From: Acidimicrobiales bacterium
Lineage (GTDB): Bacteria > Actinomycetota > Acidimicrobiia > Acidimicrobiales > Bin134
Assembly (NCBI GenBank): GCA_965208785.1
Contig: OZ242356.1
Location: forward strand, 2,562,929-2,626,928
Direction: 5' to 3'
DNA: 64,000 nt
The notes under the pieces: generated by a model
The model's input: only the letters and a program-made list of their open reading frames with translations
Told to the model about the DNA's origin: nothing
Database searches by the model: none
Position numbers and translations under genes: made by a program
In this document: positions 33,050-42,462 of the stretch, one piece after another
How the letters are laid out: each line of letters starts with the position of its first letter
How positions within the stretch are numbered: position 1 is the first letter of the stretch

Positions 33050-34545
33050 CCCAGCAGGTGCTTCTGCACCTTGCCCAGGGCGTTGCGGGGGAGTTCTTCG
33101 ACGAGGTGGAGGAGGCGGGGGTGTTTGAAGTCGGCGCACACGCCTTCTAGGTGGGATCGCAGATCTTTCAGCTTTGGGGACTTGCCAGGGGCGGGTACTA
33201 CCCAGGCGGTGACCTGCTCGCCCCATTCTTCGTCGGGGGTCCCGGTGATGGCTACATCGTCGACTTCGGGGTGGGAGCGCAGGGCGTCCTCTACTTCGCG
33301 GGGGTAGACGTTCAGGCCTCCGGAGATCACCAATTCCTTGGCCCGGCCCCGCAGCCGTAGATAGCCGTCCTCGTCGAACTCACCGAGGTCGCCGGTGCGG
33401 AACCAGCCATCTAGGTCAAATGCCTCCTCGGTGGCCTCGGGGCGGCGCCAGTATCCGGCAAATACGTTTGGCCCCCGCACCATCACTTCGCCACTGTCGG
33501 GAGCCAACCGCAGCTCCACGCCGGGGAGGGGGAATCCCACTGTTCCGGCGCGGCGCTCCTCGTCGTAGGGATTGGACACCAGCATGATGGTCTCGGTCAT
33601 GCCGTAGCGCTCCAGCACCCGCACTCCGGCGGCCTCTTGCAGGCGGCGATGCAGATCAGCCGACAGGGGAGCGGAGCCGGCTACGCATAATCGCAGCCGG
33701 GAAAGCTCCCCGGTCCTGTCCGATTGGGCCAGCCGGGTGTACATGGTGGGCACGCCGAAGAACAGGGTGGCGTCGTGGGCTTGGGCTGCATCCAGCACGG
33801 CGTCGGGGGAGAACCCATCGAGCAGCACTGCGGAAGCGCCGGTCAAGAGAGTGCCATGCAGGCCGACGCCTAGGCCGTGCATGTGAAATAGGGGCAGCGC
33901 CAGAACTAGGCGGTCGTCGGGCGTCCACCGCCAGGCAATGCGCACCGACTCGGCCCCGGCCAGCAAGTTACCGTGGGTCAGCACCGCTCCTTTGGGCACT
34001 CCAGTGGTTCCCGATGTATAGCCCAGCAGTGCGGGATCGCCGGCGGAGAGCTGGTCAAGACTGGGAGCCTGGCCCTCGTCGATGTCCAGCCGGGGGGATA
34101 CCACGGTCATCTCGGGGGCAAGCTCGGCCAGCCACCGCACCCATTCGGGCTTGTCCACCACCGCGGCCCGAGGATCGGCGTCCCCCACGATGTGGGCCAA
34201 CTCGGCCTGCTGGTAGGCCCCGTTCACCGGCACCACGATCAGCCCCAACCGCAGGGCAGCTATATGGGCCACCGCCAAATCGACCGACGCCGCGGCCGAG
34301 AGGATGATCCGGTCGCCCTTGCGAAGTCCTGCACCGTAGAGCCGCCCGGCTGCGGCCTTCGTACGCTGAGCCAGGTCGCCCCTTGTGATCCACCCAGTTC
34401 CCGGGTCCCACAACGTCGGCTTGGATGCCCCGGAAGCCCAGCGCTTGCTCCATGCCGCTGGCAGGCTGATTTCGTCCAACAAGTCCCCGCCATCGGGGTC
34501 GACCCCCCTTGGGAAGTGGACAGCATCGGCTCGGGCAGTGCTCAC
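33046..34545 (-). CDS. AMP-dependent acyl-CoA synthetase/ligase
   Basis: 499 aa. GYTSGTTGVPKGAVLTH and WFRTGDLGEFDEDGYLRLRGRAKE. Confidence 0.9.
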   Translation of the reverse strand: MSTARADAVHFPRGVDPDGGDLLDEISLPAAWSKRWASGASKPTLWDPGTGWITRGDLAQRTKAAAGRLYGAGLRKGDRIILSAAASVDLAVAHIAALRLGLIVVPVNGAYQQAELAHIVGDADPRAAVVDKPEWVRWLAELAPEMTVVSPRLDIDEGQAPSLDQLSAGDPALLGYTSGTTGVPKGAVLTHGNLLAGAESVRIAWRWTPDDRLVLALPLFHMHGLGVGLHGTLLTGASAVLLDGFSPDAVLDAAQAHDATLFFGVPTMYTRLAQSDRTGELSRLRLCVAGSAPLSADLHRRLQEAAGVRVLERYGMTETIMLVSNPYDEERRAGTVGFPLPGVELRLAPDSGEVMVRGPNVFAGYWRRPEATEEAFDLDGWFRTGDLGEFDEDGYLRLRGRAKELVISGGLNVYPREVEDALRSHPEVDDVAITGTPDEEWGEQVTAWVVPAPGKSPKLKDLRSHLEGVCADFKHPRLLHLVEELPRNALGKVQKHLLG

Positions 34546-34556
34546 GACTCACGATA

Positions 34557-36200
34557 ATGTCACTCCCCGTGCCCTTGAACCTGGCCACAGCGTGGGAAGC
34601 GGCTGCGGAGGTGGTGCCGGACGCTGACGCGGTGGTGTGCGATCCGGTGACACGGACATGGCGAGAGTTCGAGGATCGGGCCGCTCGACTAGCGACTGCT
34701 CTGGGAGAACTCGGCATCTGTGCGGGCGACAACGTGGGGTTGTACCTGTACAACGGCAATCCCTACTCCGAGATCACCTTCGGGTCGTTCAAGTCGAGGG
34801 TTGCCCCCTGCAACGTGAATTACCGCTACCTGGCGGGGGAGTTGCGCCATCTGTTGGAGGACGCTGACGCCAAGGCGGTGTTCTTCTCTCCCGAGCTGGC
34901 CGACCGGGTGGACGAGGCCAGAGCAGACCTTCCCCTGTTGCGGGCGGCTGTCCAGGTGGGCGGGGCGGGCGATCCAGTGCCCGACTGGGCGTTGGACTAC
35001 GAACAGGTGATCGCCGGCCACGAGCCGGCTCCGCCCATCGACCGCAGCTCCGACGACCTTTGGATCCTCTACACCGGCGGCACCACCGGCAATCCCAAGG
35101 GGGTCATGTGGCCCCACAGCTCGCTGATCGGCGCCATGGCCCCCAACTTCAAGGCGTTGAAGCTGCCGGTCCCGGAGAATCTGGAGCAGGTTAAGTCCAA
35201 CATCGCCGCCATCTACGACAGCAACCGGGTGTCCCGTCAGCTTGCCGCCTCTCCGCTGATGCACGGCACGGCCAGCATCGTGTCGCTGTCGACCTTCACC
35301 CAGGGCGGATCGGTGATCACCATGGCCGAGCGCAGCTTCGACGCCGACGCGCTGTGGCGCTGTGTAGCGCGCGACCGGGCATCGGTGCTCACCATCGTGG
35401 GCGACGCCTTCGGCCGACCCATGGCAAAGGCGCTGGACGCAGCCGCCGCCCGGGGCGAGCCCTACGACCTGTCGTCGGTGTTCATGATCATGTCGTCGGG
35501 GGTGATCTGGAGCCAGCCTGCCAAAGAGGCCTTGCTGGTGCACAAAAACATGAAACTGGTGGACTCCTTGGGCTCCAGTGAGGGCACCGGTACCGGCATG
35601 AGGATCAGCGACCGGGAGGGCGGATCAGCAACCGCTCGGTTCACCCTGGGGGAGAACGCCGCGGTGTTCGACGAGGACGGCCTCCCGGTCGAGCCGGGCT
35701 CAGGGCAGCAGGGCATGGTGGCGGTAGGCGGCCCCATCCCCATCGGCTACTACAAGGACCCGGAGAAGACGGCAGCCACGTTTCGCACTATCGGCGGGCG
35801 GCGCTGGTCGGTGCCTGGGGATTGGGCCACTGTTGAAGCCGATGGAACCATCACGCTGCTGGGCCGGGGCTCTGCCTGCATCAACAGCGCGGGAGAGAAG
35901 ATCTATCCCGAGGAAGTGGAAGAGGCGGTGAAGGCCCATCCCGCAGTGGCCGACTGCCTGGTAGTGGGAGTGCCCGATCCGAAGTGGGGCGAGGCTGTCA
36001 CTGCGGTGGTGCAGTTGGCCGGCGACCCGGCGTCTCAAGCGGTGGGCGACGACGAGGTCATTGCCGACGCCCGCACCCGCTTGGCGGCCTACAAGCTCCC
36101 CAAGTCGCTCATCCGGGCCGATGCCGTCCAGCGTGGAGCCAATGGCAAGCCCGACTACCAGTGGGCTAAGCAGTTCGCCCTCGACTCTCTGTCGGAGTAG
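34557..36200 (+). CDS. AMP-dependent acyl-CoA synthetase/ligase
   Basis: ATG 34557 (MSLPVPLN...). ILYTGGTTGNPKGVMWPH and GDWATVEADGTITLLGRGS. Confidence 0.9.
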   Translation: MSLPVPLNLATAWEAAAEVVPDADAVVCDPVTRTWREFEDRAARLATALGELGICAGDNVGLYLYNGNPYSEITFGSFKSRVAPCNVNYRYLAGELRHLLEDADAKAVFFSPELADRVDEARADLPLLRAAVQVGGAGDPVPDWALDYEQVIAGHEPAPPIDRSSDDLWILYTGGTTGNPKGVMWPHSSLIGAMAPNFKALKLPVPENLEQVKSNIAAIYDSNRVSRQLAASPLMHGTASIVSLSTFTQGGSVITMAERSFDADALWRCVARDRASVLTIVGDAFGRPMAKALDAAAARGEPYDLSSVFMIMSSGVIWSQPAKEALLVHKNMKLVDSLGSSEGTGTGMRISDREGGSATARFTLGENAAVFDEDGLPVEPGSGQQGMVAVGGPIPIGYYKDPEKTAATFRTIGGRRWSVPGDWATVEADGTITLLGRGSACINSAGEKIYPEEVEEAVKAHPAVADCLVVGVPDPKWGEAVTAVVQLAGDPASQAVGDDEVIADARTRLAAYKLPKSLIRADAVQRGANGKPDYQWAKQFALDSLSE

Positions 36201-36224
36201 GCCCCGATCTGGAAACATAGAGCC

Positions 36225-37034
36225 ATGAGCATCAAAGTGACTGCGCTGCCGGCGGCCTTGGGCGCCACGGTGGAAGGGCTCGATGCCGATCACCTCGACG
36301 ACGGGGCAGCGGCCGAGTTGCGGGAGGCGTTCTGGGCCCACAAAGTGCTGTTCTTCCCCCAGATTCACCTGACCGACGAACAGCACGTGGCCCTGGGCTC
36401 GCTGTTCGGCGACCTGGAGGCGGTGAGCAACGATGACACCGACCATCGAGATCATCACACGGTGGACGACGAGGGAAAGATCCTGGTGTTGGACAGCTCC
36501 AACGAATACTCGCGGGCCAACTTCTGGCACACCGACGTGACGTTCGCCCGCCAGCCCCCGCTGGGGTCTCTGCTGTCTATGAAGGAGTCACCGCCCTCCG
36601 GTGGCGACACCATGTGGGCCAACACCCAGGCCGCCTACGAGGGCCTGTCCGATCCGATCAAGGCGGCTCTCGAAGGGGTTGTCGCCCGCCACGGCCGGGC
36701 CGGTCTGACCGAGTTCACCGATCACCCGGCGATAACCACCCACCCCGAGACCGGCAAGCGGATCCTGTTTGTGAACCGGGGCTGGACGTCATCGCTTCAG
36801 GGCATGAGCCACCTGGAGAGCAGGTGCCTATTGGCGCTGCTGTGCGATCACATGGAGCAGCCCGAATACGTTGTGAGATGGCGATGGAGCGACGGAGACG
36901 CTGCCTTGTGGGACAACCGCTGCACTATGCACTACGCCATCGACGACTACGGCACCGACCACCGCCGCATCCACAGGGTCACCATCTACGACCCCTCCGG
37001 CGCGGGCCCGGTGGCCGCCGCCCCTGCGGCGTAG
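36225..37034 (+). CDS. TauD/TfdA-family Fe(II)/2-oxoglutarate dioxygenase
   Basis: 269 aa. WHTDVTF (HxD) and GGDTMWAN segments. Confidence 0.85.
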   Translation: MSIKVTALPAALGATVEGLDADHLDDGAAAELREAFWAHKVLFFPQIHLTDEQHVALGSLFGDLEAVSNDDTDHRDHHTVDDEGKILVLDSSNEYSRANFWHTDVTFARQPPLGSLLSMKESPPSGGDTMWANTQAAYEGLSDPIKAALEGVVARHGRAGLTEFTDHPAITTHPETGKRILFVNRGWTSSLQGMSHLESRCLLALLCDHMEQPEYVVRWRWSDGDAALWDNRCTMHYAIDDYGTDHRRIHRVTIYDPSGAGPVAAAPAA

Positions 37035-38393
37035 CTAGAGCTCCAAGAGCGCCTGTTCGACCACCTCGGTCAACGCGGGGTGGATGTAGAGCTGGCCTCG
37101 GGCCATCTCCTCCACGGTGAGACCGAACTGCATTCCCTGGATGAGCTGCTGGATCAAGGTGGGGGCCTGAGGGCCGATGATGTGGGCGCCCAGCAAGAGC
37201 CGGGTATCGGGATCGGCCAGCACCTTGGCGAAGCTGGTGGTGTCCTCCATGGCCCAGCCATAGGCGGTACCGCTGTAAGGGCGAACGGCTCGGAGATAGG
37301 GCCGCCCCTCGGCTCGCAATGCCTGCTCAGTAGCTCCGACCGCGGCCACCTGCGGATAAGCGAACACCGCGTGGGGAATGCCGGAGTGATCGGGCGCCCG
37401 CAGGTCGTCGGGGTGGGCGATGTTGTGGGCCACCGCCCGGGTGTCCTCGTTGGCGGTGTGCTTGAGCTGGGCCGCATGGCAGATGTCGCCCAGCGCCCAC
37501 ACCCCTTCGACACTGGTGCGGAGAAACTCATCGGTCGCCACATAGCCGGAGTCGTCCAATTCAATTCCTGAGCGGGTCACGCCGAGCTGCTCGCCGTTGG
37601 GTATCCGGCCGGTGGCCAGCAGCAGCACATCGCCGGCCACATCCCGGGCTTCGGTGTGGACGGTGATCTGCGACCCACCCTGGGACACGCCGGCGATGGG
37701 GGATCCCAAGGCGCAGTCCATCCGCTGGGACACGATGTCGGTGAACGCGGCCGACACCTCCTCGTCCTCGGCCCGCAGCAACCGGTCTGAGCGGTTCACG
37801 ATGGACACCGACACCCCCATGGCCTCGAACACGTGGCCCAGCTCGGCGGCGATGTAGCCCCCGCCCAGGATCACCAGCCGCTCGGGCAGCGACTCCAGGC
37901 GCATGACGGTGTCGGAGGTGTGGTAGGGAACCTGGTCCAAACCGGGGATCGGGGGGATGAACGGCCGGGCCCCGGCGGCCAGCACGATGTGGTCGCCGGT
38001 GAGCTGGCGCCCGTTCACCTCCAGCGCCTTGTGGCCGACAAAGCGGGCGTCGCCGTTGAACACGGTGATGTTGTCGAGGCTGTGGCGGTAGTCCTCCCCG
38101 CCCTGGGCGATGGGGTCGATGCGCCCGAACACCCGGCCCACGATCTCGGGCCAGCGCACCCCGTCCAGCGAGCTGTCCACCCCCAAGTGCCCGGTGCGGC
38201 CGGCCTGGTGGGCCGTGTCGGCGGCGTACACGAACATCTTGGAGGGGATGCAGCCCCGGTTGAGGCAGGTGCCGCCGAAGGCGTCCCGTTCGATCAGCGC
38301 CACCCGCCAGTGGTCGAAATCGGGGGTCAAGACGCTGTTGCCCGACCCGGTTCCCACCACCACCAGGTCGAAGTGCTCGGGTGACTCAGGCAT
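37035..38393 (-). CDS. mtr: mycothione reductase-like pyridine nucleotide-disulfide oxidoreductase
   Basis: 452 aa. FDLVVVGTGSGNS...GGTCLNRGCIPSKMFVYAAD closely resembles the actinobacterial Mtr N-terminus as I recall it, with a CxxxxC redox centre. Confidence 0.7.
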   Translation of the reverse strand: MPESPEHFDLVVVGTGSGNSVLTPDFDHWRVALIERDAFGGTCLNRGCIPSKMFVYAADTAHQAGRTGHLGVDSSLDGVRWPEIVGRVFGRIDPIAQGGEDYRHSLDNITVFNGDARFVGHKALEVNGRQLTGDHIVLAAGARPFIPPIPGLDQVPYHTSDTVMRLESLPERLVILGGGYIAAELGHVFEAMGVSVSIVNRSDRLLRAEDEEVSAAFTDIVSQRMDCALGSPIAGVSQGGSQITVHTEARDVAGDVLLLATGRIPNGEQLGVTRSGIELDDSGYVATDEFLRTSVEGVWALGDICHAAQLKHTANEDTRAVAHNIAHPDDLRAPDHSGIPHAVFAYPQVAAVGATEQALRAEGRPYLRAVRPYSGTAYGWAMEDTTSFAKVLADPDTRLLLGAHIIGPQAPTLIQQLIQGMQFGLTVEEMARGQLYIHPALTEVVEQALLEL

Positions 38394-38430
38394 GATCAGG
38401 AGTGCCAGGCCTCTTGAGGGACGTCAGCCA

Positions 38431-39321
38431 TCAGCCGGCTTGGGGTGGCCCCTTGGCGGTTTGGTCCTCGTCTATGAGCTGGCCCCGGAAGCTGGGGTTG
38501 CGGCCCTGCTGGATGTCCTCGTGGCGCTTCATGATGGCCGGGGCGTACACATAGTCGGTCCAGATGTAGAACTGCTCGTCGAGCACGGCCTGATACACCA
38601 GCTCGGCCACCTCGGGCGGCTTGATCGCATCCTCGTAGATGGCCAGCATCATCTGTGCCCGCTCTTCGTCTTCAGGGGTGGGGTCGGGCGGGATGATCGG
38701 CGAGCGCAGCGTTTCGGGGCGGTTGCGCTCTGAGGTGATGATGTTGGTGTGTACCAGCCCGGGGCACAGCACCGACACCCCCACGGTGGAGCCCTGGTCT
38801 TGGAGCTCGTTGTAGAGCGTCTCGGAGATGGTCACCACCGCATGCTTGGAGGCGTTGTAGGGGCCGATGTTGGGGTACGAGGTGTGGCCGGCCACCGAGC
38901 CGGTGTTCACGATGTGGCCGTCGCCGTGCTCCATCATGTGGGGCAGGAACACCCGGATGCCGTGGATCACCCCCCACAGGTTCACCCCGAGAATCCACTG
39001 CCAGTCGGCGGTGGTCAGGGTGTGCATCAGGCCGCCCGAACCCACCCCGGCGTTGTTGCACACCACGTTGACCTGCCCGAACCGGGAGAAGGCCGCCTCG
39101 GCCAGATCGTCCATGTCCCGCTCCGAGCTCACGTCGGTGAGCACCCCCACCGCGTCCACCCCGGCGTCGTTCAACTCGGCCACCGCGGCGTCCATGGCCG
39201 GGCCCTCCACGTCGGCGATCATGAGGCGGGCCCCGGCTGCTCCGAACCGGTCGGCCATGGCCCGGCCCATACCGCTGGCCCCGCCGGTGATGACTGCTGC
39301 TTTGCCCTCAAGAGTGTCCAT
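38431..39321 (-). CDS. short-chain dehydrogenase/reductase (SDR) with C-terminal extension
   Basis: 296 aa. AAVITGGASGMGRA Rossmann motif and YNASKHA catalytic region. Confidence 0.9.
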   Translation of the reverse strand: MDTLEGKAAVITGGASGMGRAMADRFGAAGARLMIADVEGPAMDAAVAELNDAGVDAVGVLTDVSSERDMDDLAEAAFSRFGQVNVVCNNAGVGSGGLMHTLTTADWQWILGVNLWGVIHGIRVFLPHMMEHGDGHIVNTGSVAGHTSYPNIGPYNASKHAVVTISETLYNELQDQGSTVGVSVLCPGLVHTNIITSERNRPETLRSPIIPPDPTPEDEERAQMMLAIYEDAIKPPEVAELVYQAVLDEQFYIWTDYVYAPAIMKRHEDIQQGRNPSFRGQLIDEDQTAKGPPQAG

Positions 39322-39353
39322 GAGCCGACGCTACTGGTTGCCTGCGGTGGGAG

Positions 39354-40421
39354 ATGGTGTCGGAAACTAGGGTTCCCGCCGTGACCAAGCTCAACGCGGT
39401 TGTGATGTACCCGCTGGCCATGGATGAGTCGGAGCTCGACGAACTGCACCGGCGATTCCCAGGCGTGCAGTTCCACAACATCGCCTACTTCGAGCCCCAT
39501 GGGCTGCGAGACGCCAAGGCCAAAGGCCGTGTCACCGAGGGGCTGTTGGCCACGGCGCCGTCGCTGACAGAGTCCGAGAGGGAGACCATCGCAGGTGCCG
39601 ATGTGCTGATGGCCCTAGACCTGCCTCCGGGGATCAGGGATTGGGCGCCCCGACTGCGGTGGGTGCAGGCCATCGGGGCGGGTATCGGCCAACTGGAGCC
39701 GGCCAAGCTGACAGCCAAGGGCATTGCATTGACCAACGCGGCCGGGGTGGCCTCTGCCCCCATCGCCGAGTTCGCCATCGGCCGCCTGCTGGAGGTGTGG
39801 AAGGACATCAGGGTGCTGGAGCGCCAGCAGAGGGATCACCACTGGCAGATGCACCAGGGGCTGCTGGTGAAAGGGAAGACCGTCGGCATAGTTGGCCTGG
39901 GGGCCATCGGACGGGACGTGGCCCGTCGGGCCAGAGCCTTTGAGACCACCGTGCTGGGCAACCGCCGATCGGCCCGACCCGGCGACTCCGATCCCGACGT
40001 CGACGAGCTTTATGGCCTCGACGGCCTCGACGAGATGCTGTCCCGCTGCGATGCGGTGGTGCTGTGCGCGCCGCACACTCCGGAAACCATCGACTTGTTA
40101 GACGCAGAGCGCCTGGGTCGGCTCAAGCCGGGGGCTGTGGTGGTAAACGTGGGACGGGGATCGATCATCGACGAGGCCGCGCTGGTAGGCGCATTGAAGT
40201 CGGGACAGGTGGGCGCCGCAGTGCTGGACGTGACGCGCGAGGAGCCACTGCCGGCGGACAGTCCCTTGTGGGACGCGCCCAACATGTACTTGTCGCCCCA
40301 TTGCTCCACTGCCCGAGAGGGCTACAACGAAGCGCTGATGGAGCTGTTCTGCGAAAATCTGGAGCGCTTTCTGGCCAACGAGCCGCTACGCAACGTGGTA
40401 GACTCCGACCGGGGCTACTGA
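39354..40421 (+). CDS. D-isomer-specific 2-hydroxyacid dehydrogenase family protein
   Basis: 355 aa. GKTVGIVGLGAIGRDVA NAD-binding motif and VVNVGRGSIIDE...AVLDV. Confidence 0.85.
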   Translation: MVSETRVPAVTKLNAVVMYPLAMDESELDELHRRFPGVQFHNIAYFEPHGLRDAKAKGRVTEGLLATAPSLTESERETIAGADVLMALDLPPGIRDWAPRLRWVQAIGAGIGQLEPAKLTAKGIALTNAAGVASAPIAEFAIGRLLEVWKDIRVLERQQRDHHWQMHQGLLVKGKTVGIVGLGAIGRDVARRARAFETTVLGNRRSARPGDSDPDVDELYGLDGLDEMLSRCDAVVLCAPHTPETIDLLDAERLGRLKPGAVVVNVGRGSIIDEAALVGALKSGQVGAAVLDVTREEPLPADSPLWDAPNMYLSPHCSTAREGYNEALMELFCENLERFLANEPLRNVVDSDRGY

Positions 40422-40437
40422 GAAAAGGGAGAAAGAG

Positions 40438-40581
40438 ATGCCATCAGACGCCTACAACGGTGCGGTGGAGTTCCGCCCCTGGCAGGACATGATGCACGTC
40501 TGGCACCTGTTTGCCGGTGTCGCCCCCGAAGCCGAAGAGGGCATCTCCGAGCTGGCCGCGTACATCTCGACCCGCGTCTGA
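40438..40581 (+). CDS. possible 47-aa small protein (MPSDAYNGAVEFRPWQDMMHVWHLFAGVAPEAEEGISELAAYISTRV)
   Basis: Below the ORF-track size cutoff. ATG preceded by AAAAGGGAGAAAGAG. G/C-rich third codon positions. Lies 16 nt downstream of the dehydrogenase stop. Confidence 0.4.
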   Translation: MPSDAYNGAVEFRPWQDMMHVWHLFAGVAPEAEEGISELAAYISTRV

Positions 40582-40675
40582 TGCAGCAATAGAACTACAA
40601 ATATCAGATTATACGAGCAAAATATATAGCATTACAGCTACTACAAACGCTACAATTCATGATGCGCCGACCACG

Positions 40676-41261
40676 CTAACCCCTGCTGGCTATGTCGAGC
40701 GGATCGCGGACTAGGAGATCGCCGAAGCCCTGGAGAGCGCCCCGGTAGTGGTAATCGAGGGGGCAAAGGCATGCGGCAAGACGTGGTCCGGGAGAAATCA
40801 TGCTTGTAGCGAGGCCTCGTTTGAGCAGGATGAGCAGGCGCGGACACAAGCTCGGTTGTTGCCTCGGCAATTCTTGGAGGGTCCAGAACCAAGGCTGATC
40901 GATGAGTGGCAGATCGTACCAGAGGTTTGGAACAGCATCCGTCATATGGCGGATGAGGAGCGCCGCTACGGAAGATTCATCCTCACCGGCACGGCCCGCC
41001 CGGCTGATGACGGCATTCGCCATTCGTCGGAGTGCCAGAGGTGGTACAGGAACTTTGCCGGGGTGGTTGGCGGTGGAGGTAAAACTCGGATCTATGGACG
41101 CCATCGACGAAGCCGCAGACACCCTCAACCGAGTATGTGAAAAAGTGGACTACGACTTGACCGGACCTCCCGCCCGCAAAGTAGTCATCACCGCCAGCGG
41201 CTACGGATACGACCGACCCGATGGGGTGGCGGTGGCACCGCTGACTGCGCTGACTGTGTGA
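40676..41261 (+). pseudogene. degraded AAA-ATPase (AAA_14/DUF4143-type) gene
   Basis: YVERIAD*EIAEALESAPVVVIEGAKACGKT (in-frame TAG at 40712), LIDEWQIVPEVWNSIRHMADE and GRFILTGTARP are followed by a frame change. A C-terminal piece (AVEVKLG...) sits in another frame (40902..41261). Total length is about half that of intact family members. A/T-rich patch. Confidence 0.6.
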
Positions 41262-41334
41262 ATCGCTATGGCCGTCTCGCGACATGCATGGCGCATAACC
41301 GTCGTGCCGGCAGCTCAGCGAGCGTTGTGACGGC

Positions 41335-42444
41335 TCAGCTGGCGGCTAGGCGTGCCCCCAGGGTGCGGAGCTGCTGGGTGCCGGCGCCCAGGGAGCACTC
41401 GATGTGCTTGTTCCACAGGGTGTAGCGGTGGAGGGGGTAGTCGACGCTCACCCCCATGCCGCCGTGGACGTGCTGGGTGGCGTGGGCCACATCATGGGCC
41501 CAGTGGGAGGCGTACCACTTGGCGATGGGCAGCCGTACTGAGGCGTCGTTGCCCTTGGTCAGGTCGTAGAGAACGGCGTTGGCACACAGCCGCACCGCCT
41601 CCACATGCATGAACTGGTCGGCGAGGCGCTGGGTGACAGCTTGGAAGGTGGCCACCGGACGGCCGAACTGCTCGCGCTCGGTGGTGTAGTCGGCGGCCAG
41701 GCGCAGCGCCCGGTCGACCACGCCCGCCTGGGTGGCGCACAGCAGGGCCACGGCTCGATCGGCCAGCCACGCCACTGAGACGCCATCGGCCGGACCCAGA
41801 GGCTCGCAGGGTGCCCCGTAGAAGCTCACCTGATGCACAGGCTGAAGCCGGGTGGACACGCCCGGTTCCATGGTGATCCCGGGGTCGGACAGGTCCACCA
41901 CGAACAGCCCGGTTCCGCTGATGATGCCGTTGTCAGTGCCGTCGTCGAGGCCGGCCACCACCACGATCTTGGACGACTCGGCGGCGAACTCCACCACCTC
42001 TTTGGTTCCCACCATCTTGCCGTCCACCACCCGAGCCGTGGGGCTGGTGATGTCGTCGTTCAAGTACTCCTGGAGACCGAGGGTCAGCAGGTTCGACCCG
42101 TCGGCGCAGCCGGGCAGTTCTCGCCGGCGCTGCTCGTCGGATCCGAAGGCGTCCACCGCCAGCGCGGCCAGCATTCCGTTCCACAGCGGCAGCGGGGCCA
42201 CATGGCGGCCCTGGGCCTCCAGCACCTGGCCGACGGCGATCAGGTCGAGGCCGCCGCCACCCACGTCCTCGCCCAGGCCGATGCCCACGAGCCCGGCCGC
42301 GGCCAGCTCGCCGTAGAGAGCCCGGTCGAACCACTCGTCGGCGGCTTCGATCTCCATGAGCCGCTCCATGCCGAGACGGTCGCCCATGATCCGATCGGCC
42401 AGATCGGCCACCGCCTGCTGCTCTTCGTTGAGGGTGAAATCCAT
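41335..42444 (-). CDS. acyl-CoA dehydrogenase family protein
   Basis: 369 aa. ACAD N/M/C-domain pattern (REQFGRPVATFQAV, HGGMG). Confidence 0.9.
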   Translation of the reverse strand: MDFTLNEEQQAVADLADRIMGDRLGMERLMEIEAADEWFDRALYGELAAAGLVGIGLGEDVGGGGLDLIAVGQVLEAQGRHVAPLPLWNGMLAALAVDAFGSDEQRRRELPGCADGSNLLTLGLQEYLNDDITSPTARVVDGKMVGTKEVVEFAAESSKIVVVAGLDDGTDNGIISGTGLFVVDLSDPGITMEPGVSTRLQPVHQVSFYGAPCEPLGPADGVSVAWLADRAVALLCATQAGVVDRALRLAADYTTEREQFGRPVATFQAVTQRLADQFMHVEAVRLCANAVLYDLTKGNDASVRLPIAKWYASHWAHDVAHATQHVHGGMGVSVDYPLHRYTLWNKHIECSLGAGTQQLRTLGARLAAS

Positions 42445-42462
42445 CGCCTTGCCTCCTGCCTG

